A stretch of 64,000 nt of DNA from Octopus sinensis. Lineage: Eukaryota. A model generated the notes under the pieces. The model saw only the letters and a program-made list of their open reading frames with translations. It did no database searches and had not been told where the DNA came from. Below are positions 36,199 to 50,308 of the stretch, one piece after another (within the stretch, counting starts at the first letter, position 1; each line of letters begins with the position of its first letter). The stretch is taken from positions 116,002,001 through 116,066,000 of the forward strand of contig NC_043003.1 of the NCBI RefSeq assembly GCF_006345805.1, read 5' to 3'. Both the position numbers and the translations under genes were made by a program.

Positions 36199-37643
36199 GC
36201 ATATACATACCCACATACACACACACACTCATATATATGAGTGTAAGCATATGTATATGTATAGGCAATATCTGTTTTACTGAAACGCGAGTATTATAAA
36301 TGTATAAATATTTGTGAGGTTTAATCTAATTTTGTACGAGTGAAATCGAAGCTGGTTTTCGTTTACAATGAAAGTATGTCCGAGTAAATATTAGATTGAT
36401 GCTTCGAACGGGTACATGTTTTATTGGAGCGGTCAAAAGGACATTGGTATATGTGCCAATATTTTGAATAATGTACTTAGATAAATATGAAGTGTGGCAA
36501 ATAATGTATAATTTACAATGCTTCAGTTTCTAATACAGACGTTGAAAGTGTAATACATTGTTGAAATTACATATATACTTGAATATAAATTTAGTACATT
36601 TAGTACTCCCCTTTGTAAAATGTTCAAAGAAGTGAGACTTTGAGCAAAAACTATCTACGTACAAAAATGTCGTAAAGTAGTTTATCTAATATAATGCTGA
36701 TACATATGAAGTAAAGTTCACAGTATTATCAAAGGGATAAATTAATAATTAGTGGGAATCTCTAAATGTCTGAGTTCTCGATTTCTCTAGTTGATTTATC
36801 TATTTCAAGTTCGATGAAAGATTGAAATTGTTAAAAGTTTAAAATATTTATATAGTTCAGTTTAAGTACGTTTGAAGGAAAGGCAACGAATGCCATGGCT
36901 TGCGAAGAAACTTAGATGCTAAGAACTTAGGGAAATGCGATAGACTTTTCGGTGCTAATAATGCCTCGTTTACGGTAATGATTTTCGATTTGACAAAATC
37001 TAAAATTACATGATTGCGAAAATTAAAGGAATGATTTCTATATTTTCGAAAAAATGCTGAGCTGTTACCAACAGTTTTCAGTAGTTTCTGATCCTTGCTT
37101 CTACGCTGAGACTCCAGTTACTTTTATGAACATAACTATTAATTTCAGTTATCATCATCGTAATATATAATCAGAACAGCTTTTGTAAAGATAGGTACAT
37201 TTCGTAGATATACGATACTCACTCACATGTGAATTTCAAAATGTACTCATCATATATTTTTAAAATATGAATTAATACATACACTGGTCATACCATGAAT
37301 TGTTGTACAATTTTCCACATCAGAACAGGAAATATTAGCTGTTTAGTTTAATATATTTAACTTTTTAACTTTTATTACATTGAAATGTCCTGGGAATGTT
37401 TTAAGCAGAGTGCATGTCTCTGCAACATTTGACACGGAAAGACCAGTCCTCTACACAGCGTATATTGATTAGGAAATGGCGGACTAATCCGATCACACGT
37501 CCGCTATAGAAGGCAGAATAGAAGTCATCTACGAGGTAAGTCACGGTACGACGGTCAGGCCGTCGAAGATAACAGATGCAAAGTAGGTATTTATTCGCTC
37601 TACCCGACACTTCAGTGAGAGTTTACTTTTGAGCCATATCTGA

Positions 37644-38019
37644 GGCGCAGGATTGGCGGTGTGGTAAGTAGCTTGTTTACCAACCACATGGTCCATGGTT
37701 CAGTCCCACTTCTACTATAGCGCCGGGCCGACCAATGCCTTGTGAGTGGATTTGGTAGACGGAAACTGAAAGAAGCCCGTCGTGTATATGTATATGTATA
37801 TATTTGTGTGTGTGTGTCTGTGTTTGTCTCCCTAGCATTGCTTGACAACCGATGCTGGTGTGTTTATGTCCCCGTTACTTAGCGTTTCGGCAAATGAAAC
37901 CGATAGAATAAGTATTGGGCTTACAAAAGAATAAGTCCCGGGGTCGAGTTGCTCGATTAAAGGCGGTGCTCCAGCATGGCCGCAGTCAAATGACTAAAAC
38001 AAGTAAAAGAGTAAAAGAG
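37644..38019 (+). mobile_element. SINE family A
   Basis: Same organisation as 3108-3497; 7-bp TSD TATCTGA at 37637-37643 and 38020-38026. Confidence 0.9.
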
Positions 38020-38529
38020 TATCTGAATGGACTAGCCATCCTGATCGTCACACTTTTCTGGAAATCTACATCAACCGAAAGACATTTATGAGCAATTTAA
38101 CAGCTCTATTGGTCCAGTAGCATGAGGCGCTCTTGATAGCATGTACCTATCTTACTTGTCCATTTTAGGGTATCGAACTTGAGGCCATTCAAATTCTGCG
38201 GATGATTTTTTTGTTCGTGTCGACGCCTCGTATTTGCGTATAATAGTGTTTATCTCTCACACCCATGGAGTAATGAATATACCAACCTTTCGGTTGGTTG
38301 TCAATGTTTTAACAAGCAGTTCCTCATAGAAGTTTTGTTTATATTTTGCCTGAAATCTTACACTACTCTGGGGTATTTATTATAAGGATGTTGCATGTAC
38401 GTTGTGCTATTTCGATGATTATCTTGCGTGGTTGATTGCTATTCATCAATGTAAAGTACAAGTTGTGTGGGATGCTTGTCGCCCCATAGTGACAACTGGT
38501 TTCTCTTGGTTTGTTCTTCTTGTATTATG

Positions 38530-38595
<66 letters not shown>

Positions 38596-38596
<1 letters not shown>

Positions 38597-40993
38597 GAGA
38601 GAAATATGGTCGGCGAACGAACAGCCAAAAAAAAAGGAGTATGAAAATAACAAACTCGGCATCTGAACAACTTTGGACCCCCATAACAACTGAAGAGGTC
38701 ACCCAGGCACTGCAAAAACTAAGCAACTGGAAGGCACCTGGGCATGACAAGATCCCCAACTTCTGGTTGAAATATCTAACAGGAATGCACAAAAAGCTGG
38801 CTGAAAAATTTTAACAGGATACTAGCAGAGCCAGAGACAATGCCTGAATGGCTCACGAAGGGGAAAACCATCTTAATTCCCAAATCAAATGAAACAACAA
38901 AACCAGAAAACTACAGACCAATAACCTGCCTCCCTACTATGTTCAAGGCATTTACTGCAGTGATATCGCAAAGGCTGAACAAGCACCTGGACGAAAACAA
39001 ACTGTTCCCAGAAGAGCAGAAAGGATGCCGCAAGGGCTCATATGGCTGTAAAGATTAACTAATGATTAATAAAGCCGTAACTGAAGACAGCCACAGAAAG
39101 AAGAAAGGCCTCAGTATGGCCTGGATTGACTACAAAAAGGCGTTTGATAGCATCCCCCACACATGGATCCTCGAAACACTAGCCATTAACAAAGTAGCAC
39201 CAACAATCATAAAATTCATAGAGCACTCTATGAATAAATGGCAAACAGTCCTACACCTCCAAACAAAAGAGGGACTCATGAAAACCAAAGACATCCCCAT
39301 TAGAAGAGGAATATTCCAGGGAGACACGCTCTCTCCACTCCTTTTCTGTTTGGCACTGTCACCTCTATCTGATATGCTAAATAGAACTGGATGCGGATAT
39401 AAATGTTACGGCAAAACGATCAGCCACCTTTTATATATGGATGACCTAAAACTATACGCTGCAAATGACAAACAGCTGGAAACACTATTAAAGACAGTTC
39501 ATGGATTTACCAAAGAAATAGATATGAAATTTGGATTAGAAAAATGCGCCAAAGTAACCATGAAAAGAGGAAAACTAGTTAAGAGTAACAACATCACACA
39601 AGATAAAACCAATGAAATAAAAGAATTAGACCAAAGCCAAACTTACAAATACTTAGGAATCCATGAACTAGATAAGACACAACACACACAAATGAAAGAG
39701 AAAATAAAAAAAGAATATTATAGACGAGTTAGATCAATACTAAAAACAGAGCTCAATGCTAAAAACAAGATAATAGGTATCAACACTTTAGCTATCCCAG
39801 TTATAAGTTACAGCTACAATATCCTTAACTGGACACGAAATGAACTGTCCAAAATAGATAGGAAAACAAGAAAAATACTGACAGGATATAGGATGCATCA
39901 CCCAAAATCTGACATAGAAAGACTATATATACAACGTATAGAAGGTGGTAGAGGCCTTATACAGCTGGAAAACTACTATAAAATAACCACCATAGGACTG
40001 CAAAAATACCTACTTCAGAAGGAAGGAAAACTGATCCAGATAGCAGCAAAACACGAGCAAAACAAAAAACTGTTCTCAGTATTTAAGGAAGCTGACAAAT
40101 ACAAACAAGAAATCATGCCACCTAATAAACGCAAAGAAGAAGAAGAAGATGATGAAGAAACAACAAAAGCTATAAAACAAATGAAATCCAAACTAAAAAT
40201 AGAACAGCAACGAGCCATGATAAAACGATGGCAAGAAAAGCCCCTTCATGGTAAATACTGCACTAAACTAAACGCAAAAGAAATAGACAAAGAAAAATCC
40301 CAGCAATGGTTGAGAAGCTCAGGACTCAAAGCAGAAACAGAGGGATTTTTAATTGCAGCACAAGACCAAAGCCTCCCCACCAGAAATTACCAAAAACATG
40401 TAATGAAAAGAAATATTACAAGTAACTGCAGAATATGTGGAGATGGACAAGAAACAATAAATCATATTATCTCTAGCTGCCCAGTCCTGGCTAAGAAGGA
40501 ATATATTCACAGACATGACAGAGTTGGAGCCTACATACATTGGAAGCTATGCCAACATTATGGAATAACAACAGAAAAAAGATGGTATAGGCACACACCA
40601 GAAAAGGTCACAGAAAACGAGAAAGCAACCATACTCTGGGATATGCCGATACACACAGATAGAGAAATTAAGGCCAACAGACCAGATATAGTTGTCAGAG
40701 ATCATGAAGAAAAAAAATGCTTTCTAATTGATGTATCAATACCGGCAGATGACAACGTGTCTCTAAAAGAAATGGAGAAACTCTCAAAATACAAAGACCT
40801 GGAAATAGAGGTAACTAGAATGTGGAACCTGAAAACAGAAACAATTCCTATCATAGTAGGTGCATTAGGCATGATAAAAAAATATTCAGACAAATACATA
40901 ACAAAAACACCAGGACTTACAAACACATATAACTTACAGAAAATTGCACTACTAGGCACTGCACACATCCTACGCAGAACACTTTCCATATAA
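38596..40993 (+). pseudogene. RT-zinc knuckle-RLE endonuclease ORF; frameshift near 38811 and stop at 39056-39058; 643 aa open downstream
   Basis: WKAPGHDKI, NYRPITCLPT, DYKKAFDSIPH, GIFQGDTLSP, LLYMDD, CRICGDGQETINHIISSC, RHD, RPDIVV...LIDVSIP...KLSKYKDL. Confidence 0.92.
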
Positions 40994-41093
40994 TAACCAT
41001 CAGAGCATCACAACAAATCACAGCACATACCCAAGGCACACAGAGCTGCGCTCGGTAGTGAAGTGAAAGCACGCTATAAAAATAAAACTACTG
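38596..41093 (+). mobile_element. 5'-truncated R4/Dong-clade non-LTR retrotransposon in (TAA)n
   Basis: RT, CCHC and PD-(D/E)xK RLE domains; (TAA)n at 38529-38595 and from 41094. Confidence 0.92.
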
Positions 41094-41112
41094 AATAATA
41101 ATAATATAATAA

Positions 41113-41143
<31 letters not shown>

Positions 41144-41153
41144 TATAATAATA

Positions 41154-41198
<45 letters not shown>

Positions 41199-41224
41199 TA
41201 ATAATAATAATAATAATAATAATA

Positions 41225-41772
41225 AAAGCCCTCTTGCAGTACCAGGCAGTCGCTCTCATGGCTTCTAATCTTAACTGATTGCAAGTGTTATCATGTACAT
41301 TGTTTTGTCTTGGTATAAAACGTGGGCTACATCAAATATTCTGCTCAATACCACAGATTTGCTTGTCAGTTGTTTGACCTTAACCAGTGGAGCATATCCC
41401 TTAGTGTTATGTGCATCTCTGATTACGAGCAGAAGTAGTGGGGGGGCATCATAACCATGTGTTGAGAGGGATTCTTTGGGGTTTGTATAATTCATCTCTG
41501 GAAACATGGGTATTTCGTTCAACATCCTTAAACAACCCTTATTCAGGGACCTTTCGAGCGGGATAGGCTATTCAACCTGAAGAAAATTCTAATTGTGCCC
41601 CACCTGCAAGGTCATATGCTGTTTATTTTGAAATGCGACCACCATGTCGCGCACATATGGTTGTGATGCATGTGCCTAGTGTACTCTTGTCAGACGGGTA
41701 GTCATAATGGGTATACTGGGCTTCGTATATTTTACCCCAGTGTCACTTTGATGGCATGCACTGCTCTCTCAC
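41225..41772 (+). mobile_element. Non-coding ~550-bp repeat between (TAA)n tracts
   Basis: Second copy at 34553-35285; no ORF and no obvious tRNA head. Confidence 0.7.
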
Positions 41773-41829
41773 ATAATAATAATAATAATAACAACAACAA
41801 CAACAACAACAACAACATAACAACAACAA

Positions 41830-41945
41830 CAGCTGAAACTTTGATGAGGATATTTCCTGGTTTGCCATCCGAGCAAGAAGTGCAAAAAGAATTGTATTAA
41901 CAGCAAAGTCGCACGTATTCAGAAGAGCATTGTCGCTGTGAATTT
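41830..41945 (+). mobile_element. Very short R4/Dong 3' remnant
   Basis: IFPGLPSEQEVQK...AHVFRRALSL after (AAT/AAC)n. Confidence 0.6.
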
Positions 41946-42059
41946 TCTTTCTTCTTTCCCCTTATGTTGTTGGTTTTCTTTCATGACCCCTACAATATGA
42001 CCAAAAACAGTACTCCTGCACTTTCTCACTGTTTCCCTCACTATGCTAGATAAAAAAAT

Positions 42060-42760
42060 GAACTTTACATTCTTATACTGATCATGTCCACAAAAATCTC
42101 ATATCAAATTTCAACACAATGGCTGGAGAATATCCAAAGTATATACAATGCTGATATGATGGTAGTCGGTGCCGACCTGACTGCAAGCACTTATTGTTTC
42201 AGAGTGTCTCTCTTCCAAATTTAGCAATTCAATGCCCCTATTTCTAGCAAGTACCTCCTGTACGATTCTCTTACCTTCTTCCATCCCACGATAACGTTCC
42301 CTGTTCTCAATTCTACTTTGCAATCATCTCCTCTCACTTTCCTCAAAAGTTTGTGCATTCCTCCAGTGCTCTCTTTGTTATAACCAGAAATGTCTCTGAC
42401 GAAAGTAGCATTAATTTTTGAAGGTCGTTCAATTTGCCACAATTGATCAAAATGCCAACTGAGTAAACCTATCAGTAATGTACCTATGATGGCTACTGGA
42501 AACAGCTGTAAGCCAAACTTGTTTCAAAAGAGGAATAATATGTTATGAACATCATTTTCAAGTTGTTTCTCATATAACAATGTGTGTAACAACCAGTTTG
42601 TCTGGAAACCATCCACGGATTTACAACGAACAATTGTGATGAACAGTAACCCCGTACCCTACCAAATGATTACATGGAATTCTTCACTAATCTAAGTAAT
42701 ATTGGAAGTCTGGTTTGCCATCAGAGGTATCATGAAGTATTTTGCCCCGATTGATAATCA
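42060..42760 (-). mobile_element. Decayed RTE-like ORF fragment
   Basis: KVRGDDCKVEL...KKVRESYRRYLLE resembles the RTE EN-RT linker; heavily degraded. Confidence 0.3.
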
Positions 42761-42794
42761 CTCACTATTTGTTAAGTGTAAATATATATATATA

Positions 42795-43246
42795 CTTTTA
42801 TTCCTTTATTTGTTTCAGTCATTTGACTGCGGCTATGCTTGAGCGCCGCCTTTCTTCGAACAAATCGACCCCAGGACATATTCTTTGTAAGCCTAGTACT
42901 CATTCTATCGGTCTCTTTTACGAAACCGCTATTTCACGGGGACGTAAACACACCAGCATCGGGTGTCATGTGATGGTGGGGGGGACAAACGCAAACACAC
43001 ACACACACGCACACACACATACACACACACACACACACATACACACACATATATATATATCTATATATATATATATATATATATGATGGGCTTCTTTCAG
43101 TTTCCGTCTACCAAATCCACCCACAAGAATTTGGTCGACCCGAAGCTATAGCAGAAGACAATTTCCCAAGTTACCACGCAGTGGGAGTGAACCCGGAACC
43201 ATGTGGTTGCTTAGCAAGCTGCTTACCACGCAGCCACTCCTAAGCC
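42795..43246 (-). mobile_element. SINE family A
   Basis: Reverse complement of the family A organisation. Confidence 0.85.
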
Positions 43247-44518
43247 CATTCTATGTGTATATATCTTAGTATGTGCATATACCTATATATGCATGTGTGT
43301 GTGTGCGCGCGCGTGTTTGTAATATAAACTACAGAAGCCTGGCTTGTGTAGAATGATGATGATATTCAGAGACAAATGAATTCGAAATAGTCGAAGTCAA
43401 TGAAAATAAATTCTGAAAAAGGAGTTGCATTTGGCTACGCCATTAAGATGACAATTTTAAGAAAGACAAATCAGGAAACTCAGGAGTTAGGAAAGTGAGT
43501 AGGAATTTGTTTTGTTTTTTGGCGTTGGCGGGTATTTGATTTTAATATTATATCCATTGTTGTAGGTGGCAGTAGGGCCATAAATCTGAAAACAGGCTGC
43601 AAGAAAATTCAATAAAGGAAATTGAACGCAATATACTGCGAAAAAAGAAATATTTTAAAAGAATTTTGCATTATATTTAGAAATCTAAATGAGACGAAGT
43701 CTGAAAAATAATTCAGACGCACTTTTGAAAGTATAAAGGCAGATGGAGAATAGTAGAAAAGTGGCCGGATAGAGAGAGAGAGGTTGCTAAGTGGAGAGAA
43801 AGACAGATAAGAGGGGATGTTACGAAGTGAAATTTTCAGCTGAAAGAAAAATAAGATAATAAAGAAATATGGGAACAGAAAAAAAATACGTATAAGAAAA
43901 TGTCAGACCTATCATGTCTAAAATCGGAAACTAGTCGCCATTAATGGATATAATCCGTTTGCACAAATGGTAAAGGAAGTCGATTCAAATTTTAACCAAC
44001 TAGAAGGTTAATTTAATCAACCCTATTTTTGGAGTTTCAGTCTGAAGTGGTGCCAGGAACTGATTGTTCTGTCTGAATGTGACAGAAGATTTCTTAGACG
44101 TGTGGCGGCCTGATCCGTTTAATGTTTGGTCTTCAAGTTTTCAGCCGTAGAGCAGCAGACTTGTTTCTGTCAAGTGTGAAATTCATTCCGTTCTGGAGAG
44201 AAAGTTAATTAAAGCTATGTGCACAAGTTTATAAGTGATTACAGGACAAGCCAATCCGATGTCAACTTCGCAGCTGCACTTTCGAATCGATTGATGGATA
44301 AGTACTCAAGTGCTCACACGAATAGAAACACGCACTCATACACACACGCACTGATACACATGCACATATATGCACATTAACATACAAACATACACATATG
44401 CACAAACGAAAACTACACATACAACACATGCATATTCATATGTATGAGTGTATATATGCATGTGCATATATATATGTATATAACACCCAGCCACCCACCC
44501 ATGTATATAATGTATATC

Positions 44519-44588
<70 letters not shown>

Positions 44589-44934
44589 CTTACCTATATA
44601 TATATATATATATATAATATATATATATATATATAGGTAAGTATGTATATATGTATGTATGTAGGTATGTATGTATATTCTGCATGGGTGTTTCCTGTGA
44701 GGACATGATGGAATGCGATGTATGCGTATGCAGATATGGATACACTTGCTTGCATACATACATACGTGAGCATGCTATTACAGACAGGGAAGCATATATA
44801 TACATAACATTATATATATATATATATATATAATATATATATTATATATATATATATATATAGCGTTTGTGTATATATATGTGTATATATATACATAAAC
44901 ATATATATGTTTAAGTATATATATACATACATAA

Positions 44935-44976
<42 letters not shown>

Positions 44977-45310
44977 ACACTTACACACAGACGCACATAT
45001 GATATATATATGTGTGTGTGTGTGTGAGAGAGAGAGAGAGGCAGATATTTATACTTCAATACAAATATGTAAATAAACAGGGAGAGGAGAGAAGAAAAGA
45101 GAAATGAAACGGGGAGACAGATTATTGAATCGCAGATGAAAATGCCAGTCTGTTTTTTCATGCTTTATACTCGCATACATATATACATACACTCAGACTG
45201 ACGTATATGCACACATATACACGTACATACAGACACACGCACATCAAAAATCAAATAGGTAAACTGTTTTTAAACAATCAGATACAGACAACCGGGGAAG
45301 AAAAAGGAGG

Positions 45311-45345
<35 letters not shown>

Positions 45346-45704
45346 AAACAAAAGAAAGAGAGACGGAGCAGTGGAGAATGGAAGTGGAAACCTTTAAATA
45401 GGCGAGAAGAAAACGTAAGATTACGTCAGAAATTCACTATGAAGAGAATTGCTAGAATTTGAATAGAGAAATGGAGAGAGTCATGCATAATATAATATAT
45501 AAATGAGAGTACGTTTAGCATGGAGGAAATAGAAGAAGCAGAAAGAGTTTGAGAAATCAGAGAAAATATATTTGAGATACAAATTCAGGAACAAATAAAA
45601 ATGATATGCAAAATTTGTCCATTAACATTTTCCACGAAGAGAAAAAGAGGGAGAAATAGATAACGTATAAAAATGACATATACATTATGCACACACACAC
45701 ACAC

Positions 45705-45736
<32 letters not shown>

Positions 45737-46027
45737 TACACATGTATGTATGTATGCAGGCAATTAGGTAGGGAGGTAGGTACGTACGTAGGTACTTGCG
45801 TACGTAGGTACTTAGGTGCGTACGTATGTACGTAGCGTATGTAAGTATATGTGTACTAAAAATGTGACAATATTTTCAAAAATTCGCCAATTGGTTTCAA
45901 CAGACATCTGTTGTATAAATATTTTTGAAAAATATAATGCATGTGTGAGTATTCCATAAAAACTCTAGCGTAATAGTTTAGCCAAAATATATTGCTAATT
46001 AAAATAAATAGATGCAAGACAAACTTT

Positions 46028-46466
46028 GGATCTTTTCGGTTTGAACGGCATTTTTTAACATAATTTCTGGGTAACTAAAACATTTTAAACTTCGTATACT
46101 GGTAGAATGTGTTTATAAAACGTCTTTTTCTCTTGGCTTTATTAAGAAAATTCTATAGTTTGTAAGGTATTTGTTGTTTTTTTCTTCAATTTCTGAAATT
46201 TCAACCAATCACTGACGTCCATTGAGGTAAACAACATTCTGTGCCGTATGAAGGAGTGGGAGGAAGGGTATCTGTAAATGTTAATAAACCCAATCTGTTT
46301 CTTAAACGAGGGACATATTCATAGAGCACAGAATGCTTTTTAACTCAATAGACGTCACTGATTGGTTGAAATTGCAGAAAAAAAAAGACAACAAATATCT
46401 TACAAACTATAGAATTTTATCAATAAAGCCAAGAGAAAAAGATGTTTTACTAACACATTCTACCAG

Positions 46467-46470
<4 letters not shown>
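46028..46470. mobile_element. Rearranged copy of the 13399-13847 TIR family, forming a foldback
   Basis: 46028-46252 is the reverse complement of the family right arm; 46253-46470 is the same arm forward. Confidence 0.8.
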
Positions 46471-46500
<30 letters not shown>

Positions 46501-47369
46501 ATATTATATATATATATATATATATATCTTGTCTCCGTTGGTGGGATACCCAGTATATGGATATGTGGATCGACACATTGAACCATTGCCCGTTAACACG
46601 CACACAAACACATACACACATGCATGTACGCATACAAACATATATGAATGCATATATTTTTATGTACATATATGATAAACTTGCTACTTCAGCAAATCTC
46701 CTAACACTATTGATCACTTATTAATCACATAACATAACCGATACTCATCCATATGAACACCGTGGCTTCTACTAACATAGCGAATATCACTATTGTCATC
46801 ATGTCCACTGAATCAATTACACCCAGCTGTGTTCATATTAATAAAACGTTTATCAACACCGCAACCCTGCCACTACAAGACATATCACCTTGAGCAACTA
46901 GTCAACATCCCCCCTTTATCAGTGCGAGTATTTTAATGATTGAATTACTTGCTAGAAATCATAGTTAAATCCCAATTCATTGTTTTTGAAGGAGAATAGG
47001 TTAATAAATGTATGATAAATATTAAGATGAGATGGTCATAGATTCTGCTTTATCAGAATTAATATGGAAGTTAACCATGGTTTTTATAACAGCACCACCC
47101 TGACAACCGCAATCACACTGCTAGAACTGACTGTCAAATTGTTCTCAAATAACACACTATCCTTTTCAATGGGGAAAGCTCGTCTTCAGTAAAAGACTTC
47201 GAAATGGTCCGTAATAAATTCGAATGACTACAACTTGAACGCTATGCCCAAAGAATTAACAAGAACAAAACATCTTATAGATTACACTCACATGCTTTTG
47301 CATGGTTGTGTGTCCATTATCTCTGGATACACAATCATTACAACATAAGCCGTCTTCATCATTGTTGAA

Positions 47370-47560
47370 GCGGAGTGTTGGTAGGATCGTTTGGACACTG
47401 TCAAAATGTTTAGCGGCATTTCTTCCAGCCTTTACGTTCTGAGTTCAAATGCCACTGAGGCAGAATTTTGCCTTTCAGGTATTCAAGGTCGATAAAATAA
47501 AGAGCCAGTCATATACTGAGGTGGATGTAATTAAACTTCCCTCTACTATCATTAGAAATA
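47370..47560 (+). mobile_element. Old SINE, family B-like
   Basis: AAATGTTTAGCGGCATTTC...ACGTTCTGAGTTCAAAT...TTTGCCTTTCA...GGTCGATAAAAT. Confidence 0.55.
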
Positions 47561-47838
47561 ATAAATAATTATAACTATCATCGAATAAAAAACTCCATCC
47601 CAGTCTGCCCCCAGCGAATCCCAACCTCTACTAACACAACTCCGGAACCATCAACTGTCCTTACAACGGCGATTACTGCAAATGGAATTACTATCATTAC
47701 CACAGAGAAATCATCAAATTGTTAGCTTCGTTTAGGTTTAGCTTTTCGCACGTGTACCTTTGTTGTCGCTTGATGAGATGTGAATTTACTTGAAGAAACC
47801 CAACCAATGACAAATATTATTACCACAGCTCGGAATTT

Positions 47839-48002
<164 letters not shown>

Positions 48003-48905
48003 GTATTTTTATGCTGATTAAGATTATTTTCGCTTCTTTAGCTGAGTAAAATACTGATTGATTGCCTGACATGCAATTTTTCTTTTATGCAAAGGATTTG
48101 TTGTTTCGCTTTCCTAAGTGATTTTCATATTCTCTTCAAGTATTCCTTCCAAAACATTCGAAGATTTATAAAAGAGACACGTACAGCAAAGCAAAACAAA
48201 ATCGATGCAATGAAAGAAAACTACTATTATGTATTTATGCCTAAGTACTGTTGTTTATTTTTTGTTCAACGCAGGGTATTAGAGGAGGTGTTACATCATC
48301 GGATAAAATGCCTTGAGTGTTGGTTGCCATTCCCGGCCTTTTCAGTACACATCCCTGGAATTAGTACGTCTTACATCTATTCGGCATCAATAGTTAAAAC
48401 ATTTTTTCGAATGCTCTTTCCCTCTTTCTCTCGTTCACTCTCTCTCTCTCTCTCACTTTTTCTCTCTTTATCTCCTCTTCTTTTCTGGTTATCTGTGTTT
48501 TCTATGTTAAAGAGAGCACCCACATCTTAGAGCCACTCGAATTAGTTTGGACCCACAAATTCACAAAGGATGAAAATACTATTTCGCTGACATATTTCAT
48601 TACATTTTAACCATATTTTGGGGTCAAGTCCACTATACGAGCCAAAAGCCTTTCGTACTTACACTATTGATAAAGGAAAGACAATGTTAAATTGGTTTAT
48701 CTTTCAACTCATAAAAATTCCCCACAAATATGCCTTACATTTAAGAGATTCTCCAAGTTATCCAAGTGCTGACAGTTTACCATCAAGATATGATAGGTAC
48801 TAGAGAATCATTTTGCATTCCTTTACGTGTTCAAGTCTGAGTCATATCTTCTTGCACTCACAACTTGCCTTGCGTCTTTGCCGGAGACCGATAAGATACA
48901 CTATT

Positions 48906-48968
<63 letters not shown>

Positions 48969-49080
48969 TATATATATATATATATATTTATATATTATTA
49001 TATATATATATATAACTTATAAACAAGGGCAAAGAAAAAAATTCTAAAAAAAGTCTTGAAGCAGGAAGCATGGAAGTCTT

Positions 49081-49140
<60 letters not shown>

Positions 49141-49397
49141 AATATTATATATATAATATATATATAGAATATATATATATATATATATATTTATTATATA
49201 TATATATATATATAACTTATAAACAAGGGCAAAAAAAAAATTCTAGTGCCAAATATGCCGAAACTAGACACATCGTCCATAATCATGTTATTCATCACTA
49301 TAAGTACGCGTCTCGAAGAAAGCTGACCTTTAAAGGTATTCTTTAATATGCTGGCCATTAATAAAATTTTTTTCGAAAAAATTTTCTCCTATATTAT

Positions 49398-49678
49398 GAG
49401 GCATAATGGCCCAGTGGTTAGGGTTGCGGATCGTGGCTTCGATTCCCAGACCGAGCGTTGTGAGTGTTTATTGGGCAAAAACACCTAAAGCTCCACGACG
49501 CTCCGGCAGGGAATGGTGGCGATCCCTGCTGTACTCTTTCGCCACAACTTTCTCTCATTCTTTCTTCTGTTGGTCTTTTCGCTTACCCAGCAGGGTGGCG
49601 TCATTTGAAGGCTAAAACAATGTGAAGCGCATTGTGACCAGTGATGTATAGCAACATCTGATAGCCTGGTCAGTCACG

Positions 49679-49680
<2 letters not shown>
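49398..49680 (+). mobile_element. SINE family D
   Basis: GGCCCAGTGGTTAGGG...GGCTTCGATTCCC head; body shared with 4122-4432. Confidence 0.8.
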
Positions 49681-49720
<40 letters not shown>

Positions 49721-49795
49721 CTGATCCGTAATAGAAAATTCAACAAGAAAGTACTCCATCTGATGAGAGATAAATATTATTTAAAGGTCAGAGAT

Positions 49796-50308
49796 CATGT
49801 ATTAAATCGTTATCAATAGCTTCATATGTTGAGAAAAATGAAACATATTCTTCAGGCGCAATCTACATATCATAACGAACTAAAAATTTGAAAAAATAGA
49901 AGAAACAAGATGTAGCTGAGACGGCAGCATATAGAAAACGCAGACAGCAAACAACGGAAAACGAAAAACCAAAAATGGAAAACGAAACGAAAGTGTCAAA
50001 AGGTAAAAAAAGTGATATCCTCCTTAGGCATATTCCTGACTGATTTTATATCTTTCCAGACTTATCATTTAAGGCCTAAGGAGGATAGCACATTTTACTT
50101 TTTGACAGTTTCGTTTCGTTTTCCGTCGACGCCTTTCGTTTTCCGTTGTTTACTGTCTGCATTTTCTATACGTTGTCGTCTCGGCTTCAGCTTGCTTCTA
50201 GTATTTACTAAATTTATTTTTTATTTCGTAATGATATGTGATTTGTGCCTGAAGAATATGTTTGAGTTCTCTCAACATATAAAGCTATTCATAGCGCTTT
50301 AATACATG
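49796..50308. repeat. Long imperfect hairpin, ~235-bp arms, 44-nt loop
   Basis: 49796-50029 pairs with 50074-50308 (CATGTATTAAA/TTTAATACATG outer; GATATCCTCCTTAGGC/GCCTAAGGAGGATAGC inner). Confidence 0.85.

Noticed and set aside
37401-37610. Minus-strand peptide PDRRTVTYLVDD resembling a cuticular R&R chitin-binding motif; plus-strand EGRIEVIY resembling an SRCR start
   Set aside because: Short chance-level matches without the remaining conserved residues or supporting splice sites.
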